Assembly (NCBI GenBank): GCA_035701135.1
Contig: DASSNZ010000420.1
Span: 1-39,665, forward strand
Origin: Verrucomicrobiia bacterium
GTDB taxonomy: Bacteria > Verrucomicrobiota > Verrucomicrobiia > Limisphaerales > DASXHY01
Direction of reading: 5' to 3'
DNA: 39,665 nucleotides
Below the pieces are notes generated by a model, which was given only the letters and a program-made list of their open reading frames with translations, was not told where the DNA came from and did not search any database. This document shows positions 34,174 through 39,665 of the stretch, in pieces. The position numbers were made by a program, and so were the translations under genes. Every line of letters starts with the position of its first letter. Position 1 is the stretch's first letter.

Positions 34174-37100
34174 ATGAAAATAAAAATGTGGGCCATCGCA
34201 GTCATTCTCGCGCTTGCCATTCCGGCGCGCGGCGCGACCAATAATCTTACGTCGCTGTTGCAAAAGGGATTGTTCGAGGAGGAAGCCAATCGCAACCTGG
34301 ACTCTGCGATTACGAATTATCAATCGCTCGCCGCGCAATTCGACAAGGACCGGAAAGTCGCGGCGACGGCGGTATTCCGATTGGGCGAATGCTATCGCAA
34401 ACTCGGCCAGACCAACGAAGCCGCCGCGCAATACCAGCGCATCGTCCGCGAATTTTCCGATCAACCCGCGCTGGTGACATTGAGCCGGCAGAACCTGGCG
34501 GGAATGGGTGTCGCGCAATCCGGCGGGGCCTTGCCTGATAATATAATGATGCAAGCCGCAACCGCGGCGCAAAACGAGGCTGATTTATTGAAGTCGCAAT
34601 TGAACCGGCTCAAGAGTTTGCCGCCACAACAACTGCGAACGGTCGTCCAGCAAAGTTATAGCAATCCGGTTCTCACAAAATTATTTGAGGATTTGGCCGA
34701 TGCGGAGCAGCAGTTGGCCACTCTTGGAGAGAACTTCACAAGTGACAGTCCAACTTACAAAGGCCAGCAGGATAAGATTGACGCAATCAACAAACAAATT
34801 GATCAGCAAATCAACGGAGTGCTGCTCGGATTATCCATCAAACAGAAAGCCGCCGAGGAACGGGCCAGGGCGCTTCGTGGGCAGGCGGGCAATTCTCAAC
34901 TTGCCGAGGCAAACCAATTCGCCGAACCCGCGCCTGTCACCGACGATGAGGAAAAAGAAATCCGCCGCATTCAGGCGATGATTCAGAACAGTCCGGACTT
35001 GATCAATGCTCCGAAAGGTGATGAAGGGACGCCACTCTTTCAAGCCGCAGGCAAAGGTTGGCTGCGTGTGGCAACTTTTCTTCTGGATCATGGTGCCAGC
35101 GTAAATATACCGGCGGGCAGTAACGGCAAGATATGGGACCATTGGACCGCGTTAATGGAAGCGGCCAACAATGGGCACAAAACCATGGTCGAATTACTGT
35201 TGGGGCGTGGTGCTGACGTAAACGCCAAAGATAACCGGGGCCAAACGGCTTTGTCTCTTGCGGTTGATCGCGGATTCACCGCGGTCATTACGGTTCTGTT
35301 GAATCATGGCGCGGACGTCAATGCGCGCAGCAGCGAAGAAAATGGCGGACGCACGCCATTGTACAGGGCGGCAGCGGCAGGAAATATAGAAGTGATGAAA
35401 CTGCTGATCACTCGCGGCGCCGACGTGAACGCTAAAAGCCGGGGAGGGGTCACTCCTTTATGGGCCGCAGCAGGAGGGGGACATCTTGATGCAATCAAAA
35501 CTTTGCTCGCGGCAAAAGCGGACCCGAACCTGGCCGATGACTCGGGCCTGACTCCATTGGGTAAAGCCTCGCAAGGAGGCGAAATGGAAATCGCGAAAGC
35601 ATTGCTGGCCGCAAAAGCAAATGTGAATGCGCAGGATAAAGACGGCGAAACACCGTTGTTTCTGGCAGCAAAATTCGGGAAAGGAGATGTTGCTGAAATG
35701 TTACTGGATGCCGGCGCGGACCCGAATCTTGTATTTACAGGCGGGAATGCCAATTGGTCGCCGCTGGATTTCGCGGTAGTTGCGGGGAATGAATCTTTGA
35801 CTCGGAAGCTTTTGGAACATGGCGCAGATCCGAATCACGTCGCGTCACCGAGACCGGTAAGTATTGATGGCAACGTTTACAACACTGATTCAGTTGGTCC
35901 CGTTTTAATGACTGCCGCCTATAACAAGAATAATCCCGCTCTCGTGAAAATTCTTCTGGAACACGGCGCGAATCCAAACGTGCGCTTTTCAGATCAACTT
36001 CAAACGCCGTTGCTTTTGAATATATGCAACACACCGGAAGTTTTGAAACTTTTTCTGGAACATAAAGCGAATCCCAACATTGCGAATACAAATGGATATA
36101 CCGCGTTGCATTCCGCCGCTGAAAGAGGATTGACGAACGCCATCGCATTATTGGTCAATCATGGCGCGAATGTCAATGTTCAGGCTAAGGATGGCAGCAC
36201 ACCTTTGTTCGTTGCTGCCTGGTTCGCTCAATCGAATGCCGTGGCGGAATTGCTCGCGTTCAAAGCCGATCCAAACATCAAGACCGACTCGGAAGATTCA
36301 CCGCTTATTCGCGCAGCTCGGGAAAATCAAAATGATATTGTTAAAATTCTTCTTTCGGGTGGCGCCGATCCTAACATTCGCGGTCAACAGGGAATCACGC
36401 CACTGCATTGGGCGGTTTATGAGTCGAACAAAGATATTGTTTCCGAACTGCTGGCGCACAAAGCGAATCCCAATGTGCGGAATAACGCCGGAAACACTCC
36501 CTTGGATTTGGCGAAGCAGGGCATAAAGGGACACATTCGGTTGGAGGAGTTGAAACGACCAGGTCTAAATCAAATTAAAAATGTGGATCCTTCCGAGATG
36601 ACCGAAATCGCCGACATTCTCCGCAAACACGGCGCGTTGGATCAGTTGCCGGATTTTTCCGTCATTCGCGTGACGCGACCGGGATTTTCAGAACCGGCAG
36701 TAATTCTTCGAGAAAACACAAACGGCTGGAATCATTTCACTTTGCTGGAAATGCTGTTGCAAAGCTACCCGGTTCAAGCCGGATTTTTTCCATTTGCTCC
36801 TCCAGCGAGTCAATGGGCGTTCCCCGATCTCGCGCGACTGATTATTCATCGCCCAAGCCGAAAACCTGACGGAAAGGAACAGCAAATGGAAATCAATGTT
36901 CTAAATGCGACCAATGGAGTGGATTGCTCGAAAGATATTCCGCTTGAATTCGGTGACGTGATAGAAATTCCAGTTCGCGAGCATCCGCTCAACAAACCAC
37001 CTGTCGGATTAACAATTCAACAAGGGAAAACCATTGTCTCTTGTCTCGAACGCCGCGTCAGAATCACAGTGCGCAACCAAACCCGCGATTTGACTCTGAA

Positions 37101-37335
37101 GCCGAACGGAGAAGATCCTGGCGTTGGCTGTTTTTATTTAAACGGAGCGTTGCGATTTCCCGATGCCCAAAGCCTGCTGCTTTCGTCCTCGGATTTATCG
37201 CGCGTGAAAGTCACCCGCAAAGATCCGGCGACCGGCAAGACGACGGAATTCGTCGTGGACGTTCCCAAAGTGCGCAACACGCCGCAGGACCTTTTTCTCC
37301 GCGACGGCGATGTGATCGAAGTTCCGGAAAAGTAA
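34174..37335 (+). CDS. Giant exported protein: signal peptide, TPR-like module, chain-length-determinant-like coiled coil, about 15 ankyrin repeats, and C-terminal SLBB-like beta-grasp modules
   Basis: Trimmed to ATG 34174 (MKIKMWAIAVILALAIPARG). The TPR-like segment is AITNYQSLAAQF...FRLGECYRKLGQTNEAAAQYQRIV. The coiled coil contains a PTYKGQQDKIDAINKQI motif. Many copies of G.TPL..AA..G....V..LL..GA(D/N)(V/P)N follow. The C-terminus has GDVIEIPVRE and DGDVIEVPEK. Confidence 0.85.
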   Translation: MKIKMWAIAVILALAIPARGATNNLTSLLQKGLFEEEANRNLDSAITNYQSLAAQFDKDRKVAATAVFRLGECYRKLGQTNEAAAQYQRIVREFSDQPALVTLSRQNLAGMGVAQSGGALPDNIMMQAATAAQNEADLLKSQLNRLKSLPPQQLRTVVQQSYSNPVLTKLFEDLADAEQQLATLGENFTSDSPTYKGQQDKIDAINKQIDQQINGVLLGLSIKQKAAEERARALRGQAGNSQLAEANQFAEPAPVTDDEEKEIRRIQAMIQNSPDLINAPKGDEGTPLFQAAGKGWLRVATFLLDHGASVNIPAGSNGKIWDHWTALMEAANNGHKTMVELLLGRGADVNAKDNRGQTALSLAVDRGFTAVITVLLNHGADVNARSSEENGGRTPLYRAAAAGNIEVMKLLITRGADVNAKSRGGVTPLWAAAGGGHLDAIKTLLAAKADPNLADDSGLTPLGKASQGGEMEIAKALLAAKANVNAQDKDGETPLFLAAKFGKGDVAEMLLDAGADPNLVFTGGNANWSPLDFAVVAGNESLTRKLLEHGADPNHVASPRPVSIDGNVYNTDSVGPVLMTAAYNKNNPALVKILLEHGANPNVRFSDQLQTPLLLNICNTPEVLKLFLEHKANPNIANTNGYTALHSAAERGLTNAIALLVNHGANVNVQAKDGSTPLFVAAWFAQSNAVAELLAFKADPNIKTDSEDSPLIRAARENQNDIVKILLSGGADPNIRGQQGITPLHWAVYESNKDIVSELLAHKANPNVRNNAGNTPLDLAKQGIKGHIRLEELKRPGLNQIKNVDPSEMTEIADILRKHGALDQLPDFSVIRVTRPGFSEPAVILRENTNGWNHFTLLEMLLQSYPVQAGFFPFAPPASQWAFPDLARLIIHRPSRKPDGKEQQMEINVLNATNGVDCSKDIPLEFGDVIEIPVREHPLNKPPVGLTIQQGKTIVSCLERRVRITVRNQTRDLTLKPNGEDPGVGCFYLNGALRFPDAQSLLLSSSDLSRVKVTRKDPATGKTTEFVVDVPKVRNTPQDLFLRDGDVIEVPEK

Positions 37336-37428
37336 GCATTGTTTAGAACGAACAGTCCTCTGCCGCCGCCATTTTGGAACAGGCACTTCGGAAAAATGCG
37401 CGCCCTTGGCCGGAACGATGCAGTTTGC

Positions 37429-37650
37429 GGGGAGCGCACGCGTCTCGCGTGCTGTCGTTGTCGTCTCGACAACGACTCCAATATACAAACTTTTCCACAC
37501 CGATTGATGACGGCAGAATGGTGGTTGGAAGTATTCGGCGAGACGCCGAATACCACACGCCGGAGGCGTATGCTCCGCGTCTCAACTGCATCGCTCCGGC
37601 TGCCGCGATTCGGCGCGCGCGGAGTGGCGCGCCCTACAGACGACAATGAT
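37429..37650. repeat. Cluster of stable hairpins and REP-like elements in the spacer after the ankyrin gene
   Basis: ggggagcgcacgcg-tc-tcgcgtgct (compare 19979-20009). gtcgttgtcg-tct-cgacaacgac forms a 10-bp stem (37454-37476). gagacgc...gcgtctc forms another stem (about 37539-37582), and ggcgcgc-gcggagtg-gcgcgcc another (about 37612-37633). A duplicated motif gac(a/g)ac(g/a)a..tcc(a/t)caat..caaac is also present. Confidence 0.6.
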
Positions 37651-37658
37651 TCCTCAAT

Positions 37659-38489
37659 TCAAACCGCCGTTTTTCCGCCGAAGAAATCCTCGTAGGCGTA
37701 CGCCTGCGCGGCGCAAACAACCGGAACCGCCACCAGCGTGCCGACATAACAGGCCAGCGCTCCCAGCATTATCACGAGCACGCTGACGATCCATAATCCG
37801 AGAATTCCCCAGATGTTAGGCCACAACACGCGGCGGCTGGTTTCCATCGCCGGCCAGAAATCGAGGCGTTTGTCCATCAACAGCGGCCAGGTGAAAGTCC
37901 ACACGGCGATCAGAAGAATTCCGGGAATGACGCACAACATCGTTCCGATCGCGACCAGCACCGTATAAACCAGGCCCGCGAGGAAACATTGCAGAAACGC
38001 CACGCTGAACGGCGAAAACGCATCCTCGAATTTGGCGTCCTCGCCGCGAATCCGTTTCAGGAAAAACCAGAACAATCCCGCCAGCGCCACGCCGGAAAGC
38101 AGCGGAACATTGGCGACGATCGTGCAAACAAATGCCACGCCGACGGAAAGCCAGAATCGCTCCATCACGAGATTCCACCCGCGCTTGAAGCACGAGCCGA
38201 TTTCGATTCGCGGCTGCCGCGTCAATGCGTTTTCCACGAGCACGTCGGGATTTGCCAGAGAAACGGGCGGCGTCGCGCCGAATGCCGGCGGAACAAAAGA
38301 CGTTTCTCCGCCCGCGCCGCCGAAAACATCCGCGAATTCCGGAAACGACGCCAGCGGTTTCCAGTCCGTTTCGCCTTCGGCCTGCATTTGCGTTTGCGCG
38401 TTGACACGTCCCTCGCGCAGCCAGAGGCGGATTTGCTCACCGCTGATTGGCCCGTAGGCTTTTTGGTCGGCACCGATAATTTTATACAT
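37659..38489 (-). CDS. GYF_2 (DUF4339) domain membrane protein
   Basis: The N-terminus MYKIIGADQKAYGPISGEQIRLWLREGRVNAQTQMQAEGETDWKPLASFPEF is the GYF_2 pattern. Five or six hydrophobic helices follow. Confidence 0.8.
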   Translation of the reverse strand: MYKIIGADQKAYGPISGEQIRLWLREGRVNAQTQMQAEGETDWKPLASFPEFADVFGGAGGETSFVPPAFGATPPVSLANPDVLVENALTRQPRIEIGSCFKRGWNLVMERFWLSVGVAFVCTIVANVPLLSGVALAGLFWFFLKRIRGEDAKFEDAFSPFSVAFLQCFLAGLVYTVLVAIGTMLCVIPGILLIAVWTFTWPLLMDKRLDFWPAMETSRRVLWPNIWGILGLWIVSVLVIMLGALACYVGTLVAVPVVCAAQAYAYEDFFGGKTAV

Positions 38490-38504
38490 GGTTTTCCTTT
38501 CTGA

Positions 38505-38909
38505 TTACGGAGCGAGCGAGGCGAACAACGGCAATCCGACATCGCGCAAAACCGCGAACGCCATCCACGCGCCAAAATACATCCACAGCCATAGCGCCCG
38601 AATGGGAATTGCCGAAGCGGCGGATTGGCCGCGGAATTTTTTCCAGATTTCAAGCAATGCGAAAAATCCGCCGAGCGGAACGGACAAAACGACAAACGCA
38701 TTGAAACGCAGCGCCGCCAAAACATGGCCGTGCAACAACTGATGCAGCGCGCGCAATCCGCCGCAGCCCGGACAATCCAGGCCGGTCCATTTGTGGAACG
38801 GGCATTGCGGATAAAACGCGAACCGCGAGGGATCAAAGAAAAAAAGAACCAGCGCCGCGCCCGCCGCCGTCGCGATGCCGCCGATCCAGATGAGCCGACG
38901 CGCGTTCAT
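38505..38909 (-). CDS. DUF2752-family membrane protein
   Basis: The motif CPFHKWTGLDCPGCGGLRALHQLLHG plus flanking TM helices. Confidence 0.8.
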   Translation of the reverse strand: MNARRLIWIGGIATAAGAALVLFFFDPSRFAFYPQCPFHKWTGLDCPGCGGLRALHQLLHGHVLAALRFNAFVVLSVPLGGFFALLEIWKKFRGQSAASAIPIRALWLWMYFGAWMAFAVLRDVGLPLFASLAP

Positions 38910-38916
38910 GTGAATT

Positions 38917-39414
38917 TCATAAACGATGAATCATGTGCCGCGGCATTTCGCCCCAGAACGTCACGGTGCTGAACAATCCGACCAGCCCGGTCAGCACGAG
39001 ACTCGCAATCGAAAGCACCAGTCCGCCGATGGCCATTCCGTGGCCTTCGTACAAATCGGGATGCGCGCGAATCTGCACGAGCGCGGCGATGGAAAACGCG
39101 AGACCGAGAACGTTGAACGGAAATCCGTAGCAGCAACACATGCCGAACGTGACGGAAATAATTCCAAAAACCAGTCCGGTGGTCGCAAGCGAAGTGGATT
39201 TGCGCGCGGCCGGCAGCGGCGCGAGAACGGGCGGGCGTTGCGACGCGAACAGAAGTGAAAATTCGGGAAATTCGCGGAGCGGCTTCCAGGTTGTCGAGCC
39301 TTCCGCCAGCGCAAGCGTCCCCGCGTTGGCGCGATTTTCCGCGATCCATCCGCGCAATTGCTCGCCGCTGACCGGGCCATACTCCTTGTTATCGGCTCCG
39401 AGAATTCTGTACAT
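38917..39414 (-). CDS. GYF_2 domain plus small C-terminal membrane domain (DUF4190-like) protein
   Basis: Trimmed to ATG 39414 (MYRILGADNKEYGPVSGEQLRGWIAENRANAGTLALAEGSTTWKPLREFPEF). The C-terminal TM pair is GLVFGIISVTFGMCCCYGFPFNVLGLAFSIAALV. Confidence 0.8.
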   Translation of the reverse strand: MYRILGADNKEYGPVSGEQLRGWIAENRANAGTLALAEGSTTWKPLREFPEFSLLFASQRPPVLAPLPAARKSTSLATTGLVFGIISVTFGMCCCYGFPFNVLGLAFSIAALVQIRAHPDLYEGHGMAIGGLVLSIASLVLTGLVGLFSTVTFWGEMPRHMIHRL

Positions 39415-39460
39415 ACCGAGACTCTGGCTTAATTCTCCCGCGCGCGTCAAGCGCGGCGAT

Positions 39461-39500
39461 GGAACTGGAAGTCCGAAAACCGAAGCCCGAAAACCGAAAG
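39461..39500. repeat. CCGAAAA-type periodic low-complexity repeat
   Basis: ggaactggaagtccgaaaaccgaagcccgaaaaccgaaag, the same family as 1204-1281 and 18640-18760. Confidence 0.55.
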
Positions 39501-39665
39501 AATTTCTAAACTTTCGAAATCCAAAAAAGGAAGCATGGCGCGCGTGATGGAAACGCTTTTGAAAGTTTCCCGAATGATTAAAATTTTCCGGGGGCGGGGT
39601 GAAGCGGAGAAATGGAAAAAGAAAAACCCCGCCAGTGCCGTGTATAACAGTTCCTTTGAACTTAT

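Noticed and set aside
34174-37335. Ankyrin-repeat gene as eukaryotic contamination or a misassembly
   Set aside because: The ORF is uninterrupted, has a bacterial signal peptide, and shares composition with flanking bacterial genes (OmpR-type regulator upstream, GYF_2 genes downstream).
37339-37695. ORFs in the spacer after the ankyrin gene (118 aa, 91 aa, 82 aa, 101 aa, 170 aa)
   Set aside because: They are composed of translated hairpin repeats, overlap one another on both strands, and lack start-site signals.

Overview
Bacterial chromosomal window of 39.7 kb, GC-rich and densely coding on both strands. I recognised no rRNA, tRNA, CRISPR array, transposase or integrase. The gene content points to a Verrucomicrobiota/PVC-type genome (inference only): lipid A/LPS core genes, several prepilin-type N-methylation proteins, GYF_2/DUF2752 membrane proteins, an ECF sigma factor with a long C-terminal extension, and a very high load of short hairpin and 7-8 nt periodic repeats. 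Recognisable genes: partial ClC channel, SGNH esterase plus alpha/beta hydrolase pair, peroxiredoxin, lpxK, an LpxL-like acyltransferase, waaF-like heptosyltransferase, an NHEJ set (LigD PE-ligase, Ku, separate LigD polymerase), class II fructose-bisphosphate aldolase, galK, ECF sigma, mutS, a TolB-like beta-propeller lipoprotein, a three-gene pseudopilin operon, a histidine kinase/OmpR-type regulator pair, a giant TPR/ankyrin/SLBB-like exported protein, and a GYF_2/DUF2752 membrane cluster. Most unusual observations: (1) the NHEJ operon is interrupted by an AT-richer ~3.6 kb island carrying an XRE regulator, an exported Ig-like protein with a CHAT/gingipain-like His-Cys dyad, and two unknown envelope proteins. 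This is the best candidate for an undescribed system. (2) Two unknown genes sit co-oriented directly upstream of the LigD polymerase gene. (3) A 227-bp unit spanning the kinase 3' end, the spacer and the regulator start codon is present in three tandem copies, and an inverted copy of one submodule lies in frame inside the kinase gene. (4) REP-like hairpins are inserted in frame in mutS, one immediately before the Walker A motif. (5) A 7-nt x4 tandem repeat lies inside the LPS heptosyltransferase gene. All functional calls come from motif recognition by eye; no searches were run.
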